From: Octopus sinensis
Lineage: Eukaryota
Direction of reading: 5' to 3'
Assembly (NCBI RefSeq): GCF_006345805.1
Contig: NC_043011.1
Location: 64,616,464-64,680,463 of the forward strand
DNA length: 64,000 bases
Within the stretch, counting starts at the first letter, position 1. Each line of letters opens with the position of its first letter. Below, in pieces: positions 1 through 14,850 of this stretch. Below the pieces are notes generated by a model. That model saw only the letters and a list, made by a program, of their open reading frames with translations, ran no database searches and was not told the origin of the DNA. A program made the translations under genes and the position numbers.

Positions 1-154
1 ATATATATATATAATATATATATAATATAGATATATATATATATATATATAATATATATAATATATATATAATATTAGGGAGTAAATCCAAACTTACAGG
101 GAAAAATGAGATTTGCCTAATAGTGGTTTTATCTCTAAATTAATATAATATTTA

Positions 155-228
<74 letters not shown>

Positions 229-364
229 ATAAAAAGAGGCTGTCATGCGTTGTATTCGAACTCATAACGTAACAGTAGACGTAATACCGCTAGGCATAGC
301 TGATATTCTCGAATATATGTATAAACGCACACACATATATAATGCATATACACACACACACCCA

Positions 365-398
<34 letters not shown>

Positions 399-544
399 AT
401 ATATGCATATACCTGTAGGGGTTGTATGTATATATCTATATATGTATAACTATCTCTATGCGCTAGTATGTATATGTATATATTATCGTATATATCTGTT
501 TGTTTGTGTGTGTGTAAAATTTACAGAAAACAAATCATGAAGAC

Positions 545-637
545 AAGTGTATAGACACTAGAGAGGTATATTCGTTTTAACTTCGGCAAGGCGAGGAAAT
601 CTTTTACGTTTCGAGCCTACGTTCTTCGAGATAGTAG
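545..637 (-). mobile_element. Penelope-like terminal repeat, family P2, decayed hammerhead
   Basis: Reverse complement reads ctcgaagaacgtaggctcGAAACGTAaaaga, homologous to 59350-59378. Confidence 0.5.
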
Positions 638-1024
638 TTAATCAAATACATCCTCATAGACATACGTCTATAACATTATCTGCCAAAAATTCATGATGCA
701 ATTACAATGATTAGAGAAAGTGCAATCTCATACTGATGAAAAATCTTTCAAAATCTGTGAACCGATTGTTAATAACTCCCTATGGGATACTTCATATATA
801 TTTTTTTTATATCCAGTGAGTATTTGGGGGTTGAGTGTTTTCATTTGTCGGATTTTTAAAAGCACAGATATATTAGGGCTAATACATAATACGGAAATTG
901 TATTTTGTAATGATATTAACCCTAAAGGGCTACGTGTATCTATACCCCAGTGTCAATTTGTTGGTATGCGCTGCTCTCTCACAATGATGGCGATGATGAT
1001 GATGATAAGGAGACAAACAAGTAG

Positions 1025-1200
1025 AAGATGAAGAAGAAAAGGAAGAAGAAGAAGAAGAAGAAGAAGAAGAAAAGGAAGAAGAAGAAGAAGAAGAAGAAGA
1101 AGAAGAAGAAGAAGAAGAAGAAGAAGAAGAAGAACAAGAACAAGAACAAGAACAAGAAGAACAAGAAGAACAAGAAGAATAAGAAGAAGAAAAGGAGAAG
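1025..1200 (+). repeat. (GAA)n/(GAACAA)n microsatellite
   Basis: Direct reading; the source of track ORF 979-1350. Confidence 0.98.
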
Positions 1201-1568
1201 ATGAAGAATGATAATAATTATTATAAATGGGGATATCACGAGCATTTCAGTCGAAGAAACGTAAGATCTTATGGGAATGTTCAAGAAATTAGAAACGTTA
1301 TCTCTTATATATATACAAAATAAGGAAATGGAGAAATACACCTTAATCAATAATCAACTACCAGATAAGGTGTATTTCTCCATTTTCTTATTTTGTATTA
1401 TTAATTTGTGGTAAAACAATTTACCTTTGCCCATATAATACAATAAATGAATTAATTGCATCGCAATTGTTAACATTTATGTATTAACTTTGTTGGGTGC
1501 TTTCCTAGCACTATATTGTAAATATGTTATCCCATGGAGTGTTGCACTTACAACCCCTATCTCAATTC

Positions 1569-1569
<1 letters not shown>

Positions 1570-1623
<54 letters not shown>

Positions 1624-1698
1624 ATATATATTTACATTTATAAATATATATATATATATCCATATATATATATATTTGAAGAATAGAGGTATATATAT

Positions 1699-1790
<92 letters not shown>
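1570..1790. repeat. (TA)n microsatellite, representative of more than 20 such tracts in the window
   Basis: Direct reading; these tracts give the YIYIYI ORFs. Confidence 0.98.
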
Positions 1791-1794
<4 letters not shown>

Positions 1795-1899
1795 TTGTAT
1801 CCAATCCATGTGGAAAGCTCTCATATTAATGCTGCAAATGAAAGCACAAATATAAAAATACAAATATTCCCTGAATTTCTCTGCTTTACATAGCGGATA

Positions 1900-2720
1900 T
1901 CTACTCGTTGTGAACACCTTGCGCAACTCTTTATAATCTGCTTTCAACTGAGTTATAGTCCAAACTTTTTCAATTCTGTACTCTTGTACGTGTTCTTCCG
2001 TAACAACTCCACCACTAAACGGCTCACATTACTGTGAATTCCCCCCTTGGCTGGTAGTTTTAGTAGACATCGGCCAACAGACTACAAAGTCTTGCATATC
2101 AAAATAAAGTTCAAAAGGTTGACCATTCTGCTTCAGAGACATCTTTCTTGTGTTGCTCGTCATCGCAAACCGTAAATCGTCGCCTGTTGTCGGCAATTAG
2201 CAGTACTCCGCATCCATAACTGTGAGGAGTTGTATGCCAGTAACATAGGAAGTGCAATACACCACCGTCCAAGAAACACAAAGTTTTAGTAGACATCGGC
2301 CAACAGAATGCCCCGTACCATTCAACTAATTAACACTGTAATTCCGCACAATTCAACTTGGTCCTCGTTATTATGAGCTCATCACAGCTTTTCAAATCCT
2401 GACCTGATCTTTTGTTTCCACCTATAACCTCTGCTATCAAGCGGCATTTGGTCCACCCCGTTTAAGCACTAGCTTTGACACCGTAACCTTCGTGATAGTT
2501 ATTGAAGAATAGGCCAAGAGCCGATCTCACCGTTAGTATGTTAAACGGTATGCCTTTCCTAAGGGCCACTTCTGGAATCCTAACTAGGTCTACCTCTATC
2601 CTACATTTCTCTAATTCTATTTCCTTACTAATACCTACCGCCTTTACTATAATAGACTTCCTCGTGACTATCTACCAACGAGTGTGCCCGTCAACTCCCG
2701 ATGGAATGATTTGCTAATAG
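1900..2720 (-). mobile_element. Possible ancient RTE-type endonuclease remnant
   Basis: GC-richer block with loosely APE-like minus-strand translation (LFFNNYHEGYGV, HSYGCG). No diagnostic motif is intact. Confidence 0.25.
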
Positions 2721-4179
2721 GGTCTCTGAAAATTTGGTACACCGGAAAAGAAGCATTCAGCTTCCTGTATCCAGGAGCATGTCTATTCATCCAAATATAT
2801 ATAACGATCGTATATATAAACAAATTTCGGACCGTGTAGATGATGATTTTGATAATGGAACACTTATACTACTTCTCTTTACAAGTCTACAAAATAGTCT
2901 GTCTAGATAAGATCTGTATAATAAGATGCAGTTTATTCATGTCCACATTGGCGCATTCATTAAATCTAGTCAGCACCTGGAAGCGAACTAGTAGTGACCC
3001 ACCAGGTTTGTGAGGATTTTGGTCCCCCCCCTCTACTTTCGTATTTACAGTGAACCACAATAAAAGGAAATTGCAAGTGACATAGATTATTTTGGTAGGG
3101 GAAATGAAACACCCACACGTAATTTTAGCAAGCGAAGTACATTATTTGACTGAATTCTTTCAGTGATTAACTAGCTCAGAAATGTGGCTGGCATTTCAAA
3201 AGTTTACTTAAAAATTACCAGCAGGTTTCGGAATTTAATCTTGTTCCAAACATATTATTCAGTCGCCTCTTGTAGACTTTAGACGGAATAAAAATATAAG
3301 AGAAGTATTAACCTCTATTTCTGACTACGCGAAAACTAACATTGGAGTGTCTGTATGCTGTACACTAAAAAATTGACACAAGAGAAGACAGCCCTGCTCA
3401 TTGTGGAGCAATATGTGATTAGTCGATTCCGTCAGGAAACATAGCAGAAATGTTACGATTTGAATGGTGCGTGGAACCTGTAAAATATCACATTTAGAGT
3501 ACTCAGAAGAATGCATAATACAAAACCTGCGTCCTATTGGTTGAGCAATAGAACAATTAAACTAAACATTTAATTGGGAAGATATGAGAGGCCAAATACG
3601 ATAACAGTAGTACAATATTTTGGATCAAACGGGGGTAATTTTGAAGGAGAATTGTAAGTGCATATTCTCAGAAAATATTCTTAATCTGCTATACATTTAG
3701 TCCTCAAAATGCAGGAAGAGAAATATATTTATGGGATATTAACACGACGCCCTGGAGACATGAATAAAATGACAGTAGAATTTCCTCATATTTAAAAAAC
3801 AAAACAAATTATTTGTTTGCGTAATCTTTCTCTTCGTGTTGTTATTTCTTTTCGTTTTTGTCTCTTTCGGTGTTTTTCTTTTTGCTTTTTTAAAACTTTA
3901 AACTTTGAAGACTGATTATTTCATTGTATCAACGTGGAAACGCTGGTTGCTTCGTTCAAATTTTGGTTACGAATTCCTATAATTTTGAATTTCTTTTTGT
4001 CACTCTTCATTTGGAACTCGACAAGGAGTGTCTATTGTTCAACCAATAAAACCTCTGATACAGTCGCATCATGACCATCGTATTCTCTACTTCCGTTTTT
4101 ATGATGAGTTATGACAAATCATTTAAAATATATTGATGATATCGATGGCGATGAAAATAATAATATTTATAAAAATAAC

Positions 4180-4218
<39 letters not shown>

Positions 4219-4278
4219 TAATAATAATAATAATAATTATTATTATTATTATAATTATTTTTATTATTATATGAGAAT

Positions 4279-4550
4279 GAAAATTATATGAGAATGATTC
4301 CTGGCTTACCATCTTTGCAAGAAGTGCAAAAGTTTGTCTTAACTGGCACATCACACGTATTGAGAAGAGCATTGTCGATAAGAGAATTATTACTACCCAT
4401 GTATTTCAATTTAACTTTAAAAAAAATGAACGAACTATTAAGTTTAGTTTAATGGCCTACCAATGTATACTATGAGTTTCTTTGCCCTAGGTTTTGGGAA
4501 GACACTCGGCATGAAATGGAAACAAATTTGAAACAAGAATAAAAAGTAAA
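4279..4550 (+). mobile_element. R4/Dong-like 3' end, subfamily 3
   Basis: MIPGLPSLQEVQK; homologous to the reverse complement of 44188-44480; (AAT)n on both sides. Confidence 0.8.
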
Positions 4551-4566
4551 AATAATAATAATAATG

Positions 4567-4640
<74 letters not shown>

Positions 4641-4644
4641 TATA

Positions 4645-5945
4645 AGGTGGAGAATTGCGCAGATTGAATATGATACTCAAGTCGAAATTAAATGGACGGA
4701 ATGAGATCGACGCTATCAAAACCTGGGCGGTTTCACTTCTAAGATATAGAGTAGACGTAAACGCATGGACAGTAGACGAAGTAAAAACCTCAAAAAGGGA
4801 AGAAAGTTGCTATCTAGTTATGGGTCTCTCCGTCAAAAACGTGATACACACAGACTGTATTTACCAAGTAAAAGAGAGGAAGAGAGTCATTGGGTGCGAG
4901 CGCAGCATAAAACTCTCAAAGGATGAAAGGCAATGTCGAACCTGGCAGAATTTGAAGCTATGTAAAAACAATGCTACATAGCAGCTATTATTAGAAGGAA
5001 GAAGATCAGGCTTGTGCAGGATGAATGATTGCAAAGATAAAACATTCTACAAGAAATTGAAATGGAAAGAAACTGAAAATTGTTAGGTAAAAAAAAAGGA
5101 TGCATGAACAATTTCATAGGGATCTTGAATTTACGATAGACAGTGAAAAAAGATGGCTTTGGATGACAAATGTGATTTAAAATCGGAATCGGTGGCTCTA
5201 ATCTGTGCTGTGTTTGCACTAATCTGTGCTGCCCAAGAGCAAGCACTAAGAACAAACTACATAAAATATAGAATGGACAACACTGCAGTTTGAGATAAGT
5301 GCAGAATCTAGGGACAAAAACCGGTAAAACTTATGGCATATTACCAGAAAATGTACGCCACTAGCCGAGAAGAAATATAAGAGACACCACGACAATGTAG
5401 CCAAGCCTGTCAATTTGACATTTTGCAACAAGTGTGGACTTGACAAAGCAAAAGCTTGATACGACCACAATCCTAAAGGCAACGTCGAAATATAGATGCA
5501 AAAATCGTATGATGGATTTTATGATTCAATGTGACCATGAGATATATAGATTTTAAGCCGGAAATAGTCTTAATTGAGAAGGAAACAATCTATGCTTATT
5601 AATACATATAGCATGCCCAGCTGATACAACGTATTCGATAAGGAAGACATAAACGTCGAGAGATATGATAGGTGGCTTGAGAACTGAAGAAAGAGCAGTT
5701 GTGCGAGGGTAGTAGTTCGTATCAATAATTGTGGGTGCCCTGGGAAGAGTGAGCAAAAATCGGGAGAACTACGTGGAACAAATGGGGGCTGCAATACGGG
5801 TGGAAACCGTGCAGAAAACAGCACTGCTTGCAAACGCTCGAATTCTCCGGAAGTTGCTCGAAAAATAAGAAGTGTTACCTTAATTCACTGGTAGCGAACG
5901 TTTGACGCTGTAATACATCTCCAGTAATAGGAGCTAGGGAAAGAC
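4645..5945 (+). mobile_element. Old 5'-truncated R4/Dong-like copy, subfamily 4
   Basis: ILKSKLNGRNEIDAIKTWAV at the 5' end and IVGALG..QKTALL at the 3' end; (TAC)n/(AAT)n tail. A related 3' fragment lies at 26090-26228. Confidence 0.75.
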
Positions 5946-5949
5946 TACT

Positions 5950-6011
5950 GATACTACAACTACTACAACGACTACTACTACTACTACTACTAATACTACT
6001 ACTACTACTAT

Positions 6012-6044
<33 letters not shown>

Positions 6045-6052
6045 TATTACTT

Positions 6053-6089
<37 letters not shown>

Positions 6090-6145
6090 AACTACTACAA
6101 CTAATAATAATAATAATATTAATAATAACACTACTAATAATAATA
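5950..6145 (+). repeat. (ACT)n grading into (AAT)n
   Basis: Direct reading; directly follows the LINE 3' end. Confidence 0.95.
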
Positions 6146-6999
6146 ATGAAATATGGATGACAGGATTGGCGGTTGAATAAGGATAAGTAAGACCAGGTTT
6201 TAGAAAAGATAAGGAACATAAGAGATGCTGTCCAAACAAAAGAATATCGTAAGTGAAAATAAGAACAGCATTACCATTGAGGATGGAACCATTGTTATTC
6301 TGAGATTTTTATGTCAGCATAATACACGATATTTTATGAGGAACACTCAGTCATTTAAATATATGTTAGAAATTATGGAACTTACATATATTAGTTTACA
6401 ACGTAGTGACAAATTGCTCTTTTGATGAGTTACTGAACACCTGTTGTCCCGGGTTCTTATTTTCTTTTTGAAATATAAATGTTGCACTGATATATGATCA
6501 TAACAAGTGCGTGGGGTTGAATGATTCCGTACAAAGTAAGTAGAAATATTTTGGACGCTCGTTTTGCCATCTCTAATTTTACTTTGATCTTGTATGTAAA
6601 ATAAGGTAGTTTCTCTATTCTTCGAATTGTCCCACCAACGAGTGTATCGATGTTAGATGTGTCAAAACGAGAGTGTCGTGCATAATCATTTCCATTCCCG
6701 TATATTCCACATTCTGTATTACAATATATATATGTGTGTGTGTGTGTGTGTATGTGTGTTAGAGAAAATCTGTATCTCTAAGCTGACACCACATATTTTG
6801 TCCGTGCTGCTCACTTTCTAATGTATAAGACTCCTCAGAGAGATGTACAACCTCATTGATGGCATCATCACAACTATCTTTCCTTTGCTTGTTTAGACCA
6901 AAATCATAGTGTGAACCATCTGGAATATTCAATTACGTAGCTTTGCATTACGTCATTTAAGTTAAATGTTACAATAAGGCATGATAGATAGATTATTTG

Positions 7000-7032
<33 letters not shown>

Positions 7033-7035
7033 TAT

Positions 7036-7087
<52 letters not shown>

Positions 7088-7503
7088 CAATATACATATA
7101 CTATAGACAACATTCATACATATGTTGTAGATATGTGTACATACGCATACATATATAATTTAAGTATTCATGTACATATATATTTATTTATGTATATACA
7201 TTCTATCTCCATAACTGCTCACATATATGCATAGATACATGCATACATATATACATATATACATACGTACGTACATAAGCACATATACATCATGAACTAA
7301 CTCTCATTTTCTCAGATGCAGTACAAAGATTTTTCAGTATAAATGTTGTGCATTGAAAATGTTTTGACACAAAATTTCAGCTTTGAAGTGAAACTAACGT
7401 TTTTTGTGAGTTCTTAAATGTCTTACAACCATCTTCCTCGCCTCATTTGTTTTTGGTTCAGCTTTCGAACTTAGATCAAGTCACTTCCTATGCAAATGCA
7501 TCG

Positions 7504-7545
<42 letters not shown>

Positions 7546-8118
7546 TATATATATAATATTCTGCTATTGAATAAGTTGTGAGTATCCCATTAAACGCGCT
7601 TTTCGAATATTCGGGTTACGAACAACCTTCATACACACCGCTAGATTGCATGCGAAAACTCCAGTGAACACTATAACACCCATACAGCTTCTCTTGTCTA
7701 GCAGAAATAGTGTGGGAGCAACATAGCCATGTGTTGAGAGGGATTCTTTGGGGTTTGAATAAAATCACACCTGGTAGCAAGGGTGGTTCTTTCAACATCC
7801 TTAAACAATCCTTATTCATGGACATTTTGAGTGGGATGCGCTACTCGACCAGAAGAAAATTCTAACAGGGCTCCACCTGCAAGGTTATGCGCTGTTTATC
7901 TTGATATGAGATCACCATGTCGTGTCATATGGTTGTGATGCATGACCTGGTGTACCCTTATCAGACGGTAGTCATGATGGTATATTGGGATTCGTAATTT
8001 CATCCCAGTTCACTTGAGGCAGAACTGCTCTCTCTCACACATAATAATAATTAATCTAATAATAATAATAATACTACTAATAATAATAATAATAATAATA
8101 TAATAATAATAATAATAC

Positions 8119-8225
8119 AGAACTTTCCATCAATAACCATCAGAGCAGACAACAATCACAACACATACCCAGGCACACAGGGCGGCTATGTAGTGAATGA
8201 AGCAGCTATAAAAATAAAACTCTGA
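8119..8225 (+). mobile_element. R4/Dong subfamily 1, 3'-terminal fragment
   Basis: cagaactttccatcaataaccatcagagc...ctataaaaataaaact between (AAT)n tracts. Confidence 0.75.
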
Positions 8226-8404
8226 ATAATAATAATAATGATGATAAGTAATAATAATAATATAATAATAATAATAATATAATAATAATAATAATAATAA
8301 AATAATAATACTAATAATAATAATAAGAAGAAAGAATAAGAAAAGAAGAAAGAAAGAAGAAGAAGAAGAAGAAGAAGAAGAAGAAGAAGAAGAAGAAGAA
8401 AAAA

Positions 8405-11400
8405 CTAATAATAAAGTTTAAGATGTGAAAACGATAAAACAGTGCCCCGAAATCTCTCCACAAAAATCGAAAAGAAAGACATCGTATGGAGCCACAAATT
8501 TACTGACAAAGGATAGGACTATATCCGAGTAAGTAATGCACGTTTAAATTATTATTTTTGAAGCAAAATGATGTATGTTAACTCGATATCATCTCCAGCT
8601 CTAACACAACACATGTAAACATGCGTGAACCATTACGATCCATCAACACCAGATCATCCCCGACCCCAAACACCATGTACAAAAATACTACGAAGAAATT
8701 AAATAACACCGATATTATTCAACACGAGAATAACAATCGGGAAGTACGTACTTTAAACTAACAACATAAAACGTACAAAAGACTACACGTGCAAAACAAT
8801 GTGACAACAGAAATGAACGGACGTCATGAAAATGACGACCGTCAAAATAATGGGTCGGACGTTATTCCTCATGTCCCGCAATAAACCCCAAAAGACATAA
8901 CTGGACACGTGAGGAATACATTTCTATCCAACGCTCTCAATTTACAGCAGTGCTCTACCCAAAAAATGAAAATACAGCAACACATACATATGAAATATGG
9001 AAGGAAAATAACATAAATATAGACTTGGATACACTAATGAACCCTAATAAACTAGCTACCGTACGAAGATACATTCTCTACGTAGAAAAATATCAGAAAT
9101 AGAATTAGAACATCTAAAAGAAAAAGATACACCAGGAAAATGTAGATAGAAGCCACACAACAATGCCCAATAATATAAACACTGAAACAGTAAAACACGA
9201 AGACAAATGTAACATTCCCAACAAACACCAAGTAAACAAAAAACAACAAACCAACCGTAAGGATGCATAATAATACACGACAACAGCAAGACAAAACACG
9301 ACAAATAAATACAAATAAGAAAGAAAGTGACACAAACGTAAAACCTGGAAAGAATGAAGAGGAGCCTAATGATTATGATAATATAAAAAGTAGGATAATC
9401 AAAGAACTGAAAACCACAGAGCTCAAAATGGACCACCGACCATACCTCCCAAAAATCTAAATAGACGAAAACATAACACCAATTATAAACAGCATAAACC
9501 TAGCCGTCACGAAATTAATAGCCACTGAAACAAAAAGCGATATCACTGAGCTAAATGACTTAGTATACGCAGCAGCCACTGCAGCCACAAAGGAGACTGG
9601 ATACTCACTCAAACCGGTCCAAATATGAGTACCGCCACCCAAACAAACCCTGTGGATAAATAACATCCAAAACAAAATACAAAAAATAAGAACAGATCTG
9701 TCGATTCTTAATGAAATCAGTAGACAACCAAAGCTACTAAGAAACAAAAAGAAAGCAAAAATACTCCGCAAATATAACATCACAGAAAAAGATTTACCTG
9801 AGATAAAAGAAAAGCTGAAGCACGATATCCTTGCCAAAGCAGAAAGGATCCGCCTGTACAAGAAACGCCAGCGCTTCTTTGAACAAAAGAAAAAGTTCAA
9901 CTCCAACCCTAAAAAGTTCGAACAAGAACTTGGCAAAAATAAAATAGAAATCACTGCAGCACCAACGGCAGAAGAAGTGGAAGAATTCTGGATAGAAATG
10001 TGATCGGCGAACGAACAACCAAAAAAAAGGAGTATCAAAACAACGAACTCAGTATGTGAACAACTTTGGATCCCCATAACAACTGAAGAGGTCACCCAGG
10101 CACTGCAAAGACTAAGCAACTGGAAGGCACCTGGGCATAACAATATCCCCAACTTCTGGTTGAAATATCTAACAGGAATGCACAAAATGATGGCTGAAAA
10201 TGTTTACAACATACTGGCCAGAGACAATGAATGAATGGCTCAAATAGGCGAAAACCATTTTAATTTCCAAATCAAATGAGACTGCGAAACCAGAAAACTG
10301 CAGACCAATCACCTGTCTCCCTATAATGTACGAGGCATTTACTACAGTGATATCACAATGGTTGAACAATCACCTGGACGAAAACAGCCTGCTTCCAGAA
10401 GAGCAGAAATGATGCCGCAAAGGCTGATATGGCTGTAAAGATCAAATAATGATCAATAAAGCCATAACTGAAGACAGCCACAGAAAGACGAAATGCCTCA
10501 GTATGGCCTGGATCGACTACAAAAAGGCGTTTGATAGCATCCCCCACACATGGATCCTCGAAACACTAGCCATGAACAAAGTAGCACCAACAATAATATA
10601 TTACATAGGACAGTCTATGAAAAAATGGCAAACAGTGCTACAGCTCCAAACAAAAGAGGGACTCATGAAAACCAAAACCATCCCCATTAGAAGAGGTATA
10701 TTCCAGGGAAACACGCTCTCTCCACTCCTTTTCTGCTTGGCACTGTCACCTCTATCTGATATGCTATATAGTACTGGATGCGAATTTAAATGTTACGCAA
10801 ACGATCAGCCACCTTTTACACATGCAGACCTAAAACTAAAGTGCAAATAAACAGCTGGAAACTATAAATACAGTTCATGATTTACCAAAGAAATAATATG
10901 AATTTTGAGTAGGAAAATGCGTCAAAGTAACCATGAAAAGAGGAAAACTAGTTAATATTAGTTAAATATATCAACATCAAACTATATAAAACCAATGAAA
11001 TAAAAGTATTTGACCAAAGCCAAACTTACTAATGCTTCGGAATCCATGAACTAGATAAGACACAAAACACACAAATGAAAGAGAAAATAAAAAAATAATA
11101 TTATAGACGAGTTAGATCGATACTAAAATCAGAGCTCAATGCTAAAAACAAGATAATAGGTATTAACACTTTCGCTGTCCCAGTTATAAGTTACAGCTAC
11201 AATATCCTTATCTGGACACTAAATGAACTGACCAAAATAGATAGGAAAACAAGAAAAATAATGACAGGATCTGGGATGAAACAAACAAAATCTGACATAG
11301 AAAGACTATATATACAACGTATAGAAGATGGTAGGGCCTTATACAGCTGGAAAACTACTATAAATTAACTACTATTGTACTGCAAAAATATCTACTTCAG

Positions 11401-12459
11401 AAGGAAGAGAAACTGATACTAATAGCAGCATAATACTAGCAACACAAAAACTGTTCTCAGTATTTAAGTAAGATGACAAATGCAAACAAGAAATCATACC
11501 ACCTAAGAAATATGAAGAAGAAGAAGATGAAGAAACAACGCAAGCTATCAAACAAATGGAATCCAAACTAAAACTAGAATAGCAACGAACCATGATAAAA
11601 CGATGGCAAGAAAAGCCCCTTCATGGTAAATACCGGACGAAAATAAATGAAAAAGATATAGACAAAGAAAAATCCCAGCAATGTTTGAGAATCTCAGGAC
11701 TCAAAGCAGAGACAGAGGGATTTTTAATTGCAGCACAAGACCAAAGCTCCCCACCAGAAATTACCAAAAACATGTAATGAAAAGAAATATTACAAGTAAC
11801 GGCAGAATAATTGGAGATTGAAAAGTACCAATAAATCATATTATCTCTAGCTGCCCAGTGCTGGCTAAGAAGGAATATATTCACAGACATGACAGGGTTG
11901 GAACCTACATACATTGGAAGCTATGCCAACATTATGGAATAACAACAGAAAAAAATATCGTATAGGCACACACTAGAAAAGGTCACAGAAAACGAGAAAG
12001 CAACCATTCTGTGGGATATGCTGATACACACAGATAGAGAAATTAAGGTTAACAGACCAGATATAGTTGTCAGAGATCATGAAGAAAAAAATGCTTTCTA
12101 ATTGATGTATCAATACCGGCAGATGACAACGTGTCTCTAAAATAAATGGAGAAAATTTCAAAATAAAAGACTTGGAATAGAGGTAACCAGAATGTGGAAT
12201 CTAAAAAAGAAACAATCCTATCATAGTAGGTGCATTAGGCATGATTAAAAATATTCAGACAAATACAAACAAAAACACCAGGACTTACAAATACATATAA
12301 CTTACAGAAAATTGCACTACTAGGCACTGCACACATTCTACGCAGAACACTTTACATACAATAACATTCAGATCATCATAACAGATCACAGCACATACCC
12401 AAGACACACAGAGCTGCACTTGCTGGTGAATTGAAAGCACGCTATAAAAATAAAACTAC

Positions 12460-12460
<1 letters not shown>
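8405..12460 (+). mobile_element. Near full-length decayed R4/Dong-clade non-LTR retrotransposon (RT, CCHC, restriction-like endonuclease), subfamily 1
   Basis: Frameshifted NWKAPG, NCRPITCL, AWIDYKKAFDS, GIFQG..LSPLLF, RHD.V and NRPDIVV...LID..P.D motifs. 3' end gctataaaaataaaactact followed by (AAT)n. The 5' boundary is approximate. Confidence 0.9.
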
Positions 12461-12543
<83 letters not shown>

Positions 12544-12844
12544 GTACTGTCAACTGTAACGTAACCCTCCAAAATGTCTATAGTAATATTAATGAAAATA
12601 GAAGTCACTGTGGTAGTACTTCTAATATAAACAATATAGATTGCGGTTCCGTTGCTTATACGAGCATGGAAATTATTGGTATGTCTGTTGATGTTGAGGC
12701 AGATTTAAATGATAATACAATAGAGGGGGAAGTAGATAATAACAGACTTGAACATAAAATACTTGATAATAGAAATTTTAATAGTGAAAACATTTATAAT
12801 AACAAGAAATTTAATGACAATAATAATAGTAGAATTTCTCCTAG

Positions 12845-13100
12845 ATGCAACTGTAGAGTTAAATCTCACTGAAAGTTATTAGCCCGATGTCTTACCCAGA
12901 ATGTAATTTATAAATGTACAATAATAACTCCTGCTAGTAATATTATATATATATATTGTTTGTTCGATTAATATGAAAAAAAAACCTCAGGACAATCACA
13001 AGCCCTATTTTATACTTAAATATAAGGCGAATGGTACGTATTCATCTAGTAAGATTTGGGAACTGAAGGAAAGAGGATTCGGTTTAGCCTTAAATAGGAA
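12845..13100 (+). mobile_element. Penelope-like GIY-YIG endonuclease remnant
   Basis: CNCR.K...RCLTQNVIYKC and SSKIWELKE. Confidence 0.6.
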
Positions 13101-13432
13101 AAAATAAGAAAATAATAATAGTAATAGTAGATATGGGCGTGTGCTGTGCTCTATGGAAATATGAAATTTTTAAGCATAAATATAAGTGCAACCTAATTAA
13201 TAACACATTAGAACTTACGCTATCATACATACATAGAGTCATCGGTGCATTTAAATATTTTCGAAAGTTGAACTTTATACGGCTTGCACTTGAATTAATT
13301 TTAATGGATACTTACTTTTAATAATTTTACTTTTGGAACTTAAAGTACGTTGCATATATTACAATATATTAAAAGTTATATAGTATAGTTAGTGTACTAA
13401 ACAACGTAAGTATACTATCCATACAATATAGT

Positions 13433-13850
13433 CGCAGGAGTGGCTGTGTAGTAAGTAACTTGCTTACCAGCCACATGGTTCCGGGTTCAGTCCCACGGCG
13501 TTTCACCTTGGGCAAGTGTCTTCTACTATAACCTCGGGCCGACTAAAAAACTTGTGAGTGGATTTGGTATACGGAAACTGAAAGAAGCCCGTCGTATATA
13601 TGTGTATATATATGTGTGCGTGTGTGCGTGTATGTTTGTGTGTCTGTGTTTGTCCCACTAGCATTGCTTGACAACCGATGCTGGTGTGTTTATGTCCCCG
13701 TCACTTAGCGGTTCGTCAAAATAGACCGATAGAATAAGTATTGGGCTTACAAAGAATAAGTCCCGGGGTCGAGTTGCTCAACTAAAGGCGGTGCTCCAGC
13801 ATGGCCACAGTCAACTGACTGAAACAAGTAAAAGAGTAAAAGAGAGAGAG
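13433..13850 (+). mobile_element. Full-length tRNA-derived CORE-type SINE
   Basis: A box TGGCTGTGTAG, B box GGTTCAGTCCC, CORE-like caccttgggcaagtg, an internal (TG)n and a (TAAAAGAG)n tail. Confidence 0.85.
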
Positions 13851-13879
13851 ATATGAATTTTCCTGTCTAGTTATTCAGA

Positions 13880-14850
13880 TTTCCTGATGATTTTGGGAAT
13901 TATTTTACTAATACTTTTTCAAACCTGTTCCACCCGCCTGATCTTAGTATGTATAACGATCTTTATGTAAGTAGCCCTTCTAATTAAGTGCAACCAAGGA
14001 ACAATAATATCATGTTTGGATTAACCCTAAAAACTTTTAAGAATCTATATTATACATCTTTGTTTATAATTAATATGTAGTTATCATGCCCAAGAAAATC
14101 AATAATCCTTTAGAGAACGTCATGTAAAAATCTTTAGACATGCTAACTTAGTAAATAAACCATTTTATATTTTAAATAATTGAATTATTATGCATTTTCT
14201 ATAAATCTTCCATTTTGATATTAAATAGGTATATATATATTTCATCATGATTTTTGTGATTAAGCTTTGTTATTTCTTTTCAATTGCGCTTTACCCTACC
14301 TGAACGTTTTATTATTTTATAAATACTACATTTTATGATATAAATCTAATATTTGTACACCTAGAAAATCTTACTTAGCCTACATATAACAGTACAATCT
14401 TCTCAGCTCATAATAAACTGCTTAGTTTATACTTTAATTAATATATAGTTAGCATGTTCTTTAGACTTAGTATACTTTTATTAAATACCAGTAATTGCCA
14501 ATGATCAATCTTCATAGATTCCATCTAATAAGTTAGGATTTAAGTATATAATATGAATAAATATTTAACTATTTCTATGTAATTGCTTTCCACATTCTAT
14601 TGTGGTAAAGTTTGATATATACTAAAAAGTCTTCAAACATTTTATCCTTTTGGTTATAATATTCTTCTTAATAATCTTGATAACTCTCAATTTTAAATTT
14701 ACACAATATAGCAATATAGTTTTAGAGTATTCAACTATAGTTCCCATGATAATATTTCCCCTGGTTTTACTAAAGTTTCGCTCATTTAATTGATAACGAA
14801 ATATTTTCCTTTACCAAATCTCATTATATTTCTTCAAAGTAATCTTGACA
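13880..14850 (-). mobile_element. Possible heavily decayed Penelope-like RT/GIY-YIG remnant
   Basis: Only weak IIMGT and ILR.GG-like remnants in AT-rich sequence. Confidence 0.25.

Noticed and set aside
3325-3516. Minus-strand ORF with a plausible acceptor near 3480
   Set aside because: No donor, partner exon or recognisable motif.
9457-10185. 242-aa minus-strand ORF, the longest non-microsatellite ORF in the track
   Set aside because: It is the antisense shadow of the A-rich R4/Dong ORF on the + strand.
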